Assembly (NCBI GenBank): GCA_964270895.1
Contig: OZ185435.1
Source of the DNA: Podarcis filfolensis
Taxonomy: Eukaryota
DNA length: 64,000 nucleotides
Reading direction: 5' to 3' (one strand)
Below are positions 47,667-60,487 of this stretch, piece by piece. Position numbers and translations under genes: made by a program. Position 1 is the stretch's first letter, and the number at the start of each line of letters is the position of its first letter. Below the pieces are notes generated by a model that was not told the origin of the DNA, did no database searches, and saw only the letters and a list, made by a program, of their open reading frames with translations.

Positions 47667-47900
47667 CATAAACCATGAACTGCCTTATTGGATCAGAGCA
47701 GAGGCCCTTCTCACCCCATATTATGTTTTCAACAGCGGCCAGGCAGATGCCTCTGGAATTATACAAGAGCATCGCAATGGGGATCATCTCACCGTTTGCC
47801 CCAAGCACCTGGGAATTAGGTCAATATTGCCTCTATGAATAGAGACAATCTAATAGCCACTGATTGCTCTCAGTGTGTGGAGGAAAAAACACAGGCTATT
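47667..47900 (-). mobile_element. Degenerate CR1-type 3'UTR fragment
   Basis: CATAAACCATGAACTGCCTTATTGGATCAGAGCAGAGGCCC...GGCCAGGCAGATGCCTCTGG. Confidence 0.5.
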
Positions 47901-48164
47901 TCTGAAACTGGCCGGAGGTCTGTCTCTTCTATATCAAGAGCTACCAAACAGATAACACTAAGCAAAGCTTCAACTCCACTTGCAGTTCTCTCCTGCTGAC
48001 TGCCCCTGTTCTTCACTAACTGAACAACACAGCATAGCTATATAAAAGTGAGCTTTTAGGCTATCATGCTGCAGGGAGAGGCTCATGGTTTTGTGCTTGC
48101 CACATCCCCTTGTAAAGAAAGCCGTCAGGTTTGGAATAAGACTAAATTAGCAATTGCTCCAGGC

Positions 48165-48280
48165 CAGCCTTCTCCAACTTGATATCATCCAGATGTTTCA
48201 GACTACATTTCCCATCAACCCCGGACAGCATGGGAATTGTAGTCCAAAACATCTGGAGAACATCAGGCTGGTGAAGGCTG
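48165..48280. mobile_element. 116-bp hairpin MITE
   Basis: Arms CAGCCTTCTCCAACTTGAT..TCCAGATGTTT..GACTACA.TTCCCAT and ATGGGAATTGTAGTCCAAAACATCTGGAG..ATCAGGCTGGTGAAGGCTG are near reverse complements. Confidence 0.75.
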
Positions 48281-48708
48281 GGCTAGCCAGTAAAGGTGCA
48301 AGGCTCACTGGGAATAGATACAGATTCACTGGGAAATACAGAGACTTTGGTGAAGCAGGCTGCTTTGACCATTGTGTAGAAGGGAGAATTTCAACCCATG
48401 TGGCTTATCCCAGTATGGTAGAAGCTGGCACACCTGCCATAATTCTCCCTTTAACAAAATCATTTGATGCAGGCTTCCCTGTGTAGTGGCGTCCAGCTGA
48501 GGCTGATGGGAGTTGTAGTCCCAAGCATCTGGAGGCCACTATGTGGGAGAAGCATTAAATTAACAAAACATCCTCACTCCATTTTGAGTCCCACTAGCCA
48601 TCCTAATGGGACTTGCTTCCTTTTTGTTCAGCCCATCCCACAGAGCCTCGAAGTGCTGCCAGTCTCATATGGGATTGCCTCCCATGTTCCCTAACACAGA
48701 CCTCTCAC

Positions 48709-48984
48709 CTTTGACACTCAGCTCAAAGCGCAGCTGGTCATGATGGGAGTGGCATATGTACTCTCCAGCATCTGCTTTGCCCACGTTGCTCAGCAGAAGG
48801 CTGTGGACCCGGCCCTCTCTGCGCAGCTGGCACTGGTCGCCCGCCACCAAGGCCCCTCGAGGTCCTTCCCACCTCACCATAGCTGGCTCCTTGGAGACAA
48901 TGGCAGAGAGCACTGCACTGCCACCCTCCAGCACCAGCACCTTCTCTGGATGCTCTGGCTTGGGAACAAACAGCACGGGAGCCT
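48709..48984 (-). CDS. OBSL1: Obscurin-like 1, Ig exon H
   Basis: EAPVLFVPKPEHPEKVLVLEGGSAVLSAIVS...ADAGEYICHSHHDQLRFELSVK. Acceptor TTCCACCAG|AG, donor AAAG|GTGAGA. Confidence 0.9.
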
Positions 48985-49549
48985 CTGGTGGAAGAAGAAG
49001 AGGATTAGAGAGGGTAGAAGGTGGTCAAAATGGTCTCCAATATCTGCCCAGCTGAGTCAAGTGGTTCCTTCAAATCCCCACCCTACACCTTGTTGATTGG
49101 TGCAGCTAACTCCACTTCTGGCTTTTCTCTTTAGTTGTTCTATGAGTGTCACTCCAACTCTCCCTTGTTACTGGGGAACACAGAAGACTTCCATCAGACC
49201 TTGATATTTGGTCCATGAGTTTCCCCCTTGCCCCACACCACCACCAGGGAGTAAATACCTTTGCAAGAAGGATATTGCAGGTTGATAGTTCACAGGCTGC
49301 ACATGGGACCACCCTACAGCTCCTAGCACCAAACACATGCTCCTCCTGCCACAACACCTTGTGAAACCACACACTTTTCCAATCCTCCTCCCACTGCCAA
49401 TGTCACAGAATGGAACTGCCACAATGGCTGCCACAGGCTTTCAGAAACATAAGGAAGATGGAGGAGGAGGGGGGACTTGGTTCTGGAAGCTTCTCCTTGC
49501 TACTGTCGCCCCATCAGGCCTGGAAAGGGAACTGGTGGGCCCATCTTAC

Positions 49550-49825
49550 CTTGCACATACGTTGTGAAATGCACTTCATCATCCCCAGTGTCACAGGTAT
49601 AGGTGCCGCTGTCACCTGGCTCAGCTTGCCTGATGGTGAGGCTGCGCACTGCCCCCTCGCTGCTCACCACCAGGCGTGGCCCAGGATAAAGGGGCTGCAT
49701 GTTTTTCAGCCACCGGACAGAAGCTTTCTCTTGGGAGAGACGGGCAACCAGGGTCATGTTCTCTCCTTCCTGGACTTCCAAAGGCACATGGGCATCGTTC
49801 TTGTTCACAATGTGCACAGGGGGTG
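49550..49825 (-). CDS. OBSL1: Obscurin-like 1, Ig exon G
   Basis: APPVHIVNKNDAHVPLEVQEGENMTLVARLS...GDSGTYTCDTGDDEVHFTTYVQ. Acceptor GTTACCAG|CA, donor CAAG|GTAAGA. Confidence 0.92.
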
Positions 49826-50259
49826 CTGGTAACAAGAGATAGAAGACCTCCCTCTTAAGCAAGGCAGGGGACATTTTGCTGTCCTGTGAAAACACAGCCA
49901 ACCCCACTGCAAAGCAGGCAGGCTGGTGAAAGGAGGTGGTCTTGGACTTGTGCCAATAAAGGGCAAGAAATTGTCAAGGGTTGCTGTTTTTCTTTTTTTA
50001 AGCTGTAGCTCTACAGCTACAGGGGTTGTATTTTACATAAACCCCAACTAACATATTTTCTCCTGGATCATTTATTTTGTGATAGCACTTTAGTGCATAA
50101 TTAAGATTGCCTGGCACAAATTCAGCATTTCTAGACAACAACATATGTGGCTTCCTTCTATTAAGTATTAACATTTTGTTTGCAGAAAAGATCCTAGAGA
50201 AAAGAGGTCCAGCCTCTCAAATTATAATAATCAAATACAACAGCATCGCTGGGAAGTGC

Positions 50260-50575
50260 AATTTGGATTTTCTGCCCCAGGAGTCAAAATTCCTGACATC
50301 CACTGTGTATAATTTTCTGTTTTCTGGTGTAAAAATGGCGTCGGGGGAATTTTGCCAAAGTGGCAAAATGTCAGGGAAAACCTGGATGTATGGCAATGTG
50401 ATGGAAAAAGCAGTGGAAACAGCTCCAAAAGCTTAAGATCACTATTTTGAGGTGGAGGTTTTCCCCCAAAAGCTTAATAATTTGGGTTTGTTCCCCCAAA
50501 AAGCTCGACATTTTTGAGGTCTCAACAACTTTGTGGGTGTCAGGAATTTTACTTTTTGAAATATGGCAACCCTAA
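50260..50575. mobile_element. Degenerate hAT-type DNA transposon remnant
   Basis: Right end GGGTGTCAGGAATTTTAC...ATATGGCAACCCTA. An inverted partial copy GTCAAAATTCCTGACATCC lies at about 50283-50301. Confidence 0.5.
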
Positions 50576-51810
50576 CATAGGCAATGTCAGGGAACACTTA
50601 ATCCAGAGGGAAACTAAGTAGGACTCAATAGTCAGTAGCAAGACTCCATGGTTGCTCTTGTTGCTCCCACCCCTTCTTACTCATACCCATTTCAGGAAAT
50701 AAAATAAATCATGTAGGGCAAGTGCATGTCAGCAAACTTGCTTCATTTATATGTGGTAGCAAAATTTCACTGCTTTTGGTGAGCATTTGTATGTTCAAAG
50801 CCCTGAACTGCCCTAGCAGCGGGTGCCACAATGAATGGAGCTGAGCGTTTGCCTCAAGTCAAAATCCACAGCCACTCTAGAAATGTGTCCTGCTGCCCCC
50901 AGCACTTGTTTTTGTTCTTTGGCTTCCTCTTCTCCCCAAAAGGCACGGTGCCCAGTCCCAGATGTTGGAAAGGCCACTGCTCCTGCCTGCTGGCACCCTA
51001 CCTTCTTGGCAGAGGCCACTGGGATTACTTCCCTGCCTCTCCTCAAAGCACCTGTCCTGGTGGGGGCAGCCCTTGCCAACTCCCTCCCCCTCACACTTAA
51101 GAAAAGAAAAACAACCTCCAGTCAATAAGGCCTCCCTTGCTTTCAAGGAGGGCAGCATTTGTTGGCAGAAGGTGCAGAAGTAGCGGCGCCTGAGAATCGG
51201 CCGAAGTTAAATTTAATCCCCTCACTGGCAGAGTGCAGATAGAGAAGCAGCCTGAACCCTTCACTTGTCACCTGTCGCATTCCATTACAAAGTTCCTCTG
51301 AGCCTGAAGGTGGGAGCACAATTCCCGCTCTCTGTACTAACCCCCCAAATGCTATCCATGAAGCAGGGGTCACCATTGTGGCACTCAAGGGCATGCATGC
51401 ACCCCCAGAGGCCTTCCCTGGTGCTCACAGGGTCCCCTCCTGTTGAATTTAGGCTTGAAAGAAGCATTCTTTGTAGCCAGTAGAATAGGTTATGGTGTGT
51501 GCTTGGCTGTAGGTGGGTGTGTATGCTGCCACAAAGCAATGAAACCAGCCAAGGCTGGCTCAACCACTGAGCAGAGTGAGGCAGCTGAGGCAGCAGATTT
51601 TGGGTGTCATGAAAGGGCAGCAATTTGTTAGGTTGCTTTTTTGACTATCTCTGGTCCAAGCAATTACACGACACCAGATCCTGAGTTCTCCATCCAGTGA
51701 AGAAGGAATGGGATAAGCAACATTTCTGAGCTGCCCACCTCTCTGTACCCCCGACTTTCAACCCCAGTCATGGATTGCCAGTTTTCTCGCTTTTTCTGAC
51801 GAGGCCTCAC

Positions 51811-52086
51811 CTGCCACTTTAACTGTGGACTCCATTCGGTCAGTGCCTGCATCGCACACGTAGGAGCCTGAATCTCCCGGCTTGGCTCCAAGGATGGTGA
51901 GTTGGCGTTGTCTCCCATGGGCTTCAATGCGCACCCGCTTGCTGGGTACCAGCTCCTCCCCATTCCGCAGCCAGCGCACAGCAGCACTAGGCGAAGACAC
52001 CTTGCAAGCCAATACCAGAGCTTCTCCGGACACCAGCGAGTGGTGCTCTGGAACCCCTGTGTTTCCCACAATGGAGATGGGAGGTT
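51811..52086 (-). CDS. OBSL1: Obscurin-like 1, Ig exon F
   Basis: EPPISIVGNTGVPEHHSLVSGEALVLACKVS...GDSGSYVCDAGTDRMESTVKVA. Acceptor TTCCTAAG|AA, donor GCAG|GTGAGG. Confidence 0.92.
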
Positions 52087-53599
52087 CTTAGGAAACAGAC
52101 AGAGAAAGAGACATGGTGTCACAGCGCAGGGCACAGACAGGGCCTGCTGGACTAGAGAAAGAAAGGCACACACAACCATCTGCCATCCGGTAGTCATAAA
52201 GAGCCCCCAGAAGGTGAACACAAGCACCAACACAGTTAAGATGGAGCAGAGGGGGCACAAAGGAATACCACACAAAAAGGTGGGGAACATTGTGCTTTTC
52301 CGACCCAACAAAGGATGAGGCAGCAAATTTCAACCCTATCTCACTTCCTTTCCACCATGAAGCAGGCCCAGGTTTGGGGGAGGGGAAAACTAGAGATTCC
52401 TTTAAATGGGCAGAGCCTTAAAAGCTCAGTGTATTCACATGAGACTGATTTCAGAGAACACATGAAGGACTGATAGGCAGTTTGCTATGAAACATCAAAC
52501 ACCAGCGCATTAGAGCTCATACACTGTGGTGTTCTCACTGCCCACAACTTGCAGCCCCCTCAGTGTCCAGTGAGGCCTGTCATGCTGTCCACAGATGGAG
52601 TGATTTCCTTGGGTCTCTTTCCTGGGTGGGCAGCTGTAACAACACAAGAGGAGTCCTGCTGGGTCACACCAAAGACTTCTCTAGTGCAGCATTCTGCTCT
52701 CACAATGGTCAGCCAGATGCCCAAGCAAAACACAGGTGCAATTGCCCTCTTCCCACTTGTGCTCCCCAGAAACTGGCATTCAAAAGCAGACTGTAAGAAA
52801 TATACTGGAGGTAATATACAGTGATCAGGATTAGCAGCCACCAGTAGCTTTATGACCTGCTCCAGGTCACTTCCAGACAACCTGCTTATAGAGCATGCTT
52901 GCACCAAGTCTGCAGGGAGGTTGTTTATTAAGTATTCATTCTAATTCCTGGGGAGATTATACAATTCTGCATCAAGCAGTTGTTTTCTGACCTTTTCCAG
53001 TGAATTTTCCCATCACTTTCCTTATCACAAAAGGTCCAGTTTTTGGGGAAGGTGGGTTTGTTGCAGGACAACACCAAATCAACATACTTTGCGTAAAAAA
53101 ACTGACAGTTTGGAAGTGCCCCCTGACCCCAGAACAGAACTCAATCTGCCAGGGACTTGTCCTTTGTACTTTTCTGCCACAGCTACTATCTGTTCACAGA
53201 CACCTTCTGAGTTTCCACATTAAGTGGTTAAAAACCATCTCTTAAAAAAATAATGATTTTACTATATGATTTTATATTGTAAAACTCTGTGATCTATTTC
53301 TATGATACAGCGGTATCTAAATATTTTTATATATAACAATATATAAATATGTTCTCAACAGCAGTTGGAGATGAGGTGCTAGTATTCTCCAAAACCACCA
53401 GCATTCTTGAAAATAAGCAAATAGATATGCATTTGCTTGGTTTTCGTAAGTAATTCATGTAGAAAACAGCTTTTTTGGTACTGAAAGTTGATTGTTGTTA
53501 GACTGCTGGTATTTTTTAAAGCACCAAGTATCCACAACCCTCATTATTACTGCAAACATCAATAAGAACAAGTTTTAACTCATAAAATCACCATGGATG

Positions 53600-54050
53600 A
53601 TGGGAGATTATTTGTTGCAGAGATCCCACTTAACAGGTGCTTTGAATGATAAATGTTACAAGATGTTATATCAGTGGCATTTCATATAGAAGCTGGAGAT
53701 GCAACCATGAAGGCAAGCTAATTACATGCATGTTGGTGTCAAGGAGAAGAAACTGAATGCTATTGGCATAAAGAAGCCGAGGCAATAAATTACAGGATAT
53801 GAATTTCCCACTCTTTCTTTTCCTAACATTATGAGGATCCCTCCGAGATTCTATTCAAGAGACACTGAGAATTTGTGGGCAACATTACAATAGCAGCCAG
53901 AACTGTAGTTGATGGAAACACGAAACAAAAGGTAATGACTGTGAATAAGTTGACCTTTTGCAAATGTACGTGGGAGGACAAATTCCCATCGAAACCTTTT
54001 TCTCCCTTACTGAATTTAGATTACTGAAATAATATTGAAGCAATCTGTAC
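53600..54050 (+). mobile_element. Old L1-clade ORF2 C-terminal (Cys-rich) remnant
   Basis: Degenerate motifs in order: YKMLYQWH (from 53657), HACWC..YW, ITGYEFP (53789-53809), NITIAAR (53881-53901), VNKLT. Boundaries approximate. Confidence 0.55.
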
Positions 54051-54164
54051 GCTGGAACATGATGCTCTTTCTGCTGTGAGACTGCATTCTTGCCTTGAAA
54101 AAAATGATTATTATTTTTTAAGGTTCTCAATAGCGGCCCCTCTCCTTCCAGGCCCAGACCTTAC

Positions 54165-54440
54165 CCTCTACTGTGACGTAGAATATGAGGCTGTCATCAC
54201 CACTGTCACACAGATACTCTCCTGCATCACAGCGCTCGGCTCCCAGAATCACCAGCGAATGGCACGCGCCATCCTGCTCCAGACGCACACGGTCTGTGTC
54301 CTGCAGCTTCTCTCCATCCTTGTACCACTTCACCTCTCCTTTAGGGCAAGACAGCGTCACAGACAGGGTCAGGTCCTCCGAGGTCAGGCAGCGGTGCTGA
54401 GTCTGCAGTTCATCACGCCCCACAATCCGCACTGGGGGGT
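54165..54440 (-). CDS. OBSL1: Obscurin-like 1, Ig exon E
   Basis: DPPVRIVGRDELQTQHRCLTSEDLTLSVTLS...WYKDGEKL...DAGEYLCDSGDDSLIFYVTVE. Acceptor CTGGCAG|AC, donor GAGG|GTAAGG. Confidence 0.94.
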
Positions 54441-55259
54441 CTGCCAGCATAAACAAAGGTTCTGTTAACTTTCCACTGCTTCTCAATCCAGTAAACATTT
54501 TCATAGCGCTCTTACTGTGCGAAGCATTCTGCAATCCATATTGTTCATCCTAACAACAGCCTCCCTACCCAAGAGACTATTTTTTTCCTGGTTGTACATA
54601 AAATGCATCCTAAGCACTGTGTCATTTAAGAGAACTGGAATGAAATGAAGTGTATCACTTGGGGCACCTAAATTCCATGGGTTTAACCAATGTTATATCA
54701 TTCTGAGGCTATGGGTCCATTTGACTTGGGGATGACTTGCTGCTTAGGGTCACTCCCAGTGACTTCAGTTAAGCACCAAGAAGGCTTGCTCACAACAGTG
54801 TCAGGGAGCAAAGAGTCCTGGGCACAGCAAAGAATATAACAACGATTACTTCCATTTTCTATACAAAAAATTTGACAGTATACTGTTTTGGGCATTTTGA
54901 GCCAATGGGTAGGTTTACAATGTTAAAGGAGATTAAGATCAATTGAAATAAACTGGGCATAGGAGTTTAAGTGCAAGTGATATGGAGGGCACTGCCATTT
55001 TCAGATGTCAAGTTTAAATTGACTTTGAGCCGCCTGTCTCAAACTAGCTATGCTATATCCAATCACTGCTCATGCAGAAGAAAAGTGGAGGAGAGGCACT
55101 GGTCAATGCAAATGACGTGAGCATCCGGGACACTGTGGGCTTTATATGCCCAACTGAAGCAACACGTGAAAACATATCTTATCCTCCCAGAAGCCTCCCA
55201 GGGGTCTCTCATCCAAGAGGCTGACCATGTCTACACATACACCTTCAGCAGCATCACGT

Positions 55260-55261
<2 letters not shown>

Positions 55262-55291
<30 letters not shown>
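55262..55291. repeat. (GT)15 microsatellite
   Basis: Read directly from the sequence. Confidence 0.97.
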
Positions 55292-55294
<3 letters not shown>

Positions 55295-56354
55295 GGGGGG
55301 CACTTAAGATGTCCAGTTGCCTTGGAATTTTCCTCCTTTTGTTTCTTTGACTTCATAACAAATTCTTTTTGGCTTGTGAGACAAATTCTCATATCAATGT
55401 GCATCAGGGCGTACTTTTTCCTTAGCTGTGTGTAACCAACATGCTTCTCATGGGCCATGCAATCTTTCTCCATCTCAAGTTTATTAATTGACGAGTTTTC
55501 CTTTGGGGCTGCTTGCTTGCTTCTTTACTTACTGTCTCCCCCCACCAAAAAAAGTCGAAGAACATCCTGTCTCCTGGCCTCCGTCCCGTCATTTGGATAT
55601 GAGTTCTGAGAAATTGTCTGATAATCACTTACGTGCTGATTCTACTGAAAACAAATCCACTGCCAAGATTACACGCCACTGCCACAAATGCAGTGCCACC
55701 TAGCGGCCAAAACTACAAAGCACAGCAGACATTTCCCCCCACTCAAGACTCCTTTTGTTCTCATCAGCACACCGGGGTTGTGTACACACTCCCATTGACT
55801 CTGCATCCAGGGCACACCCACCACTGGTTTGGGAAGCTGTGTACACATGACATTAGCCACAATCCACATCTACCCTGCAGTTTCTTGAGAAATACTGAGT
55901 TTTGATGTGTTTTCCCCCAAACGAGCTTCGATACGATTTGAAAACATAAGTCATCTTCAGACTTCCGCGCCCCCTCTCTGCCCACTGGCATGGACAGACA
56001 GCAGGCAACCTGGAAACACATCCAGCTGTAATGATGTCTATGACAACATGCAAATATGATTTGAAATGCAGCAGGGAGGAGACCTTGCTGCATTTTAACC
56101 AGTAATGTGTACTCAGCCCAGCTCACTTTTAATCAGTTCTCATCAAAGTGTTAGGGGTGCCAATGCGTACTTCATGGAATGGCAGACAGCATTCCTCTTT
56201 TTGAAGGAGTTCTTTGTCTGAAGGGTGGTCCAATCCAAGTAATGTTTAAAAATACCGAACCCTGAGAAGGGAGAGCAGCAGGAGGGTCAGGCGTGGGTCT
56301 TGACGTTGCCCATCAACAGTGAACACCTGAACAACAGACTGAGCAGGCTCATAG

Positions 56355-56570
56355 TCACCCTGTGGAACGCCCTCCCATCAGATGTCAAGGAGATAAATAA
56401 CTATACAACTTTTAGAAGACATCTGAAGGCAGCCCTGTATAGGGAAGGGTTTTTTATGTTTGGTGTTTTATTATGCTTTTATTTTTTGGAAGCTGCCTAG
56501 AGTGGCTGGGGCAACTCAGTCAAGTGGGCAGGATACAAATAATAAAATTATCATCATCACCATCATCATC
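56355..56570 (+). mobile_element. L2 LINE 3' end
   Basis: ORF 56300 has LWNALPSDVKEINNYTTFRRHLKAALYRE, followed by AGAGTGGCTGGGGCAACTCAG..GGATACAAATAATAAA and an (ATC)n tail. Confidence 0.85.
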
Positions 56571-59330
56571 ACATGCAAATCTGTGCCCTCTTTTAGGGGG
56601 GCCCTCTGCTAACACCGCTGTTAACTACTCCAGCCTCTATGGTGGCTGATAGCATTCCTGTGGCTAAGCATTTCCCTGGGTTTCTGCTCAAAACATACAG
56701 GATGTCAAAAAAATGTGTTGCAGCTATCCTCGATTCTTCATTTTCCTATGTGGAATTTGCATTCCCCTGCCATCCCCAATACTGTAACTATAAAGCCCAG
56801 CTTGGAGAACTAGCTGTGATGAACCAATAATAAGGGAAAGGCACTTTCTTCATGATTGGCAGGAGAGAACAGAGAAACCCTTGTGCCAAAAATGACAACT
56901 GTCCCTCTATACTCCTGTGACCAGAAGTACCATGTAATTAGGTACTTCCTGTTGAGCTTCCTGTTTGCAAGCTACTGTTGCTTATTGGTGTGATGTGGGG
57001 TGGAAAACATTTTTGGCACCAAGAAGCTAGGGGGTTCTATCTGAGGAGAAAATGACCCATGAATCCATGCTATTCATTATTGTCTTGCATTAACCCACCT
57101 TAATCGTGCCAGATGCACTTATAAAAAGTTTTCATTTTATAAAGCTGGCAACAGTCCTATTAAGAATACCCTTCTCTAAGCAAAGCAGCAAGGGGATGGG
57201 ATCCAGTTTTCAATCTCAAGGAGGTGCAGAATGAATACTGTTCATCTCCTTCACATTATGAACCTCTACTTCACTGGTAAATCATAAAGACACCCCCCAC
57301 CCACCACCCCACAAGAACATCATACACTCCTACTAAGCAGCTGCTACCTATCTAATAAAATTTCAGAGTAATCGAGTCTTAGGGGTTGGACAAGATCAAA
57401 AGTCTTCTTCAGCTTCTCCTCTGTGGCTGAAATGAATCTACAGCACATAGCAACATCTTCCCCTGCAGTTTTAACCTTTCATATAACTAAGACTAAGAGA
57501 GTGCATCACAATCAGAGAACAAGTCTCACACCAAAAGATAACTGCATGTAAAGAGTAGCTCAATAAAGCAACCTAGACAGGATTGCTACCTTTGCAATGG
57601 CCTTCAACGGCCACAGCATTTCTTATCACTGCAGCTACATAACAAGAAAAACTTCACCTGTTGGTTTCAGCCTGCTATTCCACTGCTATAGGCATACAAC
57701 CTCTGTTGGTAAAATACTGTGGCAATCCTTAAAACCAAACAGTTAAAGCAAAAGAAATGGTCCACTCAGGAACAGCAATAGATTTGAACTGGTATCACGA
57801 AGAAGCAGGGCTTCAAATCCCCTCCCAACCCAACACAGCAGTTCTTTGGACTGGGTAGGAGAAGCCTTGGTACGTGGGCCATATTAGAACCCTCCTATCT
57901 ACAATGTTCCAGGGAACCAGAGAGCATTTTTATTCAGATCAGCTACATTTTTATGGGTTGTCCATTTTAAAAATTGAGTTCTAGGGCATTTATTTTGGCA
58001 AGCAAGCATATCAAGGAAAAATGAGTTTCTTCCATTCATCAAAATGATCTCACCACTGCTCTGCACATGCTTTAAATAAGATGATGGTGATGATGGAGCA
58101 AGAGGGGATCTTGTGTGCATGAGGAAGAGTATTTTCAAATCAATATGTATGAGATGGAACACATTGTTTCTGTGCACAGAACTCCATGAACCTGACATTT
58201 GTGGTTTTGGGTCTTCGGCCTTGAGTGTGAAGCCAACTTCAAACCCCAAGTCTCCCAAGCCTAAATCCTCACCTCGCCACACACAACATGCATGTCTCCA
58301 GTTGTGGCCATCTCTGGAGCCTCAGAGAAAGAAAAGGGCAGCACAAGTCACTTTTGTGCCAGGTGTAGGAAATGCAAATGGTGCAAATGGTCCCCATAGT
58401 AACGGAAGGGGGGAACCCATACCCATGAAGAAGAGGAACCTTTTTGCTGGTGGTGCTCCAGCTTTGAAACTCCTACATTGTATTTTATATTTTGGCTCCA
58501 GGTTAAGATGTACTTCTCATTTGCCCTGGCTTTTTAAATGTACTGTATTATTATTTACTGTATAGCTGGCTGCATGGGTTTTGGTTTGTTCGTTTTGATC
58601 TTGCATGTAACAAATAACTGGTGATTAGCAATAACCCAAAATCTGCCACTAATGATAGGGCTGCATTTGTAGTACGTGGAGTGCTTATGAACTCATGCTC
58701 AGAACAACATGCACAAGCTCTCTCTGGACAATGAATGATGTGCAAACATACTAGCAGGAACGACGGCATCAAGTGGTACAAGAATGCAGAAAACACAAAG
58801 AAAAGCCAGTGCACACTTCTAGGCAAGCCAAGGAACCAGAAATCCAGGGCAGAAGATCACAAAAAGCCAATGTTTAGAGCAAACACTTCCCATGGACTTT
58901 AATGGTCAGGGGTGTTTGTTATGAGTCTACTGGCAAAGAATGCTACCAAAGTCATACAAGATGAGATTGCAGGCTCAGTTCTTTAGGAAATAATACCGTT
59001 ATGCCTCTGCTTTCATTACCAAATTAGAACCTGTCTGGATTTAGGAGATACAGTAAAGTCATGCTGATGCCCAGAGCACCGGCTCTGGGGAATGTACAGC
59101 CAGTCCTCGTTAATAAGCTCCAGGACAACTTTGCTCTGTACAGAAGGCAGTGCAAGGAACGTGGCCCACAACGAGAGTGTCTGGGGTCTGGAATGGATCA
59201 GTACATGAAATCCATCCCAGCAACATTGGCTTGGAATTCCAACACCCCCCTGCCCAAACTACCACCCACCCACACTCTTTTCTCAGCTCCCTTCCCTGGT
59301 GCTACCAGGGTCCCTGAGCACTGCACTCAC

Positions 59331-59606
59331 CAGACACCTGGACGGCGAAGGCCATGGTATCATCAACAGCGTTGCAGGTGTACTTCCCAGAATGCTCTGG
59401 GCCAGCTGCAGGGATGACCAGACACCGCCGGGCACCCTCTTCCTCCAGGATGAGGCCGCTGTTAGCCTCAAGCGTGACACCGTCCTTAACCCAGCGGACT
59501 GGCGCATTCCCATGAGAGAGCACACAGGTCAGGGTCACTGTCTCCCCCGTTGAGGCCTTCAGGACAGAGGGAGTCCTGCGGGGCTGCACGATCTTCACAG
59601 GGGGTT
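59331..59606 (-). CDS. OBSL1: Obscurin-like 1, Ig exon D
   Basis: EPPVKIVQPRRTPSVLKASTGETVTLTCVLS...HSGKYTCNAVDDTMAFAVQVS. Acceptor CCTTCCAG|AA, donor TCTG|GTGAGT. Confidence 0.94.
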
Positions 59607-60487
59607 CTGGAAGGAGAGGGCAGGTGGCCCAGATATGAAGCAGCCACAGGCAACACTGCTGTTGCTGGGCCACACCCAAAAATTTGTCACTGGAGGGGCA
59701 TGTGGGAGAAACACTGAGGAAACCCTACATGTAACTGAGTATCACATACAGTTTGGCCTGACTTCCCCAAACATAGGTCATTCCAACAGTTCTCCAACTT
59801 CCCTCTCCAGGAATTATTTTAAAGTCATACTCTTAAAAGGGCTGCTAGAACTCAAAGCAATGCTGGAGGGTGTCTGTATGGTTAAGAGTAGTTCCCCCAA
59901 ATATACCTGGGGGTGGTATTAGGCCTTTTTGCTGCAGCGCCATGCTAGCAGCTTATGCCCAAACATTTGTAGCTGGAGTCCTCTGTGCAGAATTCAACTC
60001 CTTCTACAGGTTTTGCCAAATTTATATACTGGTCAGAATAAATGTTTGAGAGCTGTTTGAAGTGCAGCCATAGAAGGATGCACTCATGCAAATACCATTG
60101 TTGGATCCCCAAACGACAAGGGAGATTCCCTATTTAGGTAGATGGCCTATTTATTTACTGCTTCCTTAGAAACACATTTAGCAAAGCTCTGGCATTTCCA
60201 CAGTACGCAAAGCCAAAGCTTTGGCCAGCAAAAGCTCATACAATGCATTGTGAACAAATGTTGGTCTAAATAAGAGTTATTATTTTACTGACCCTGTGAA
60301 TTTTGGACAGTGGGGATTCCCAAACCACCACTAGCACTATGGAGGCCAATCCCTAAGAGATGGGATCTCACAGCGAACACATAACATGCATGCACAGAAT
60401 GACAATCCCTCCTTTGTATTGATTATTTGAGCTCTCTCAGGGTTTGTCTGCAAGAGCACAATAAGTTTATCTATAAAGTAAAAGGTG

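Noticed and set aside
49705-49724. REST/NRSE-like TTCAGCCACCGGACAG
   Set aside because: Spacing does not fit the canonical motif, and the site lies within coding exon G.
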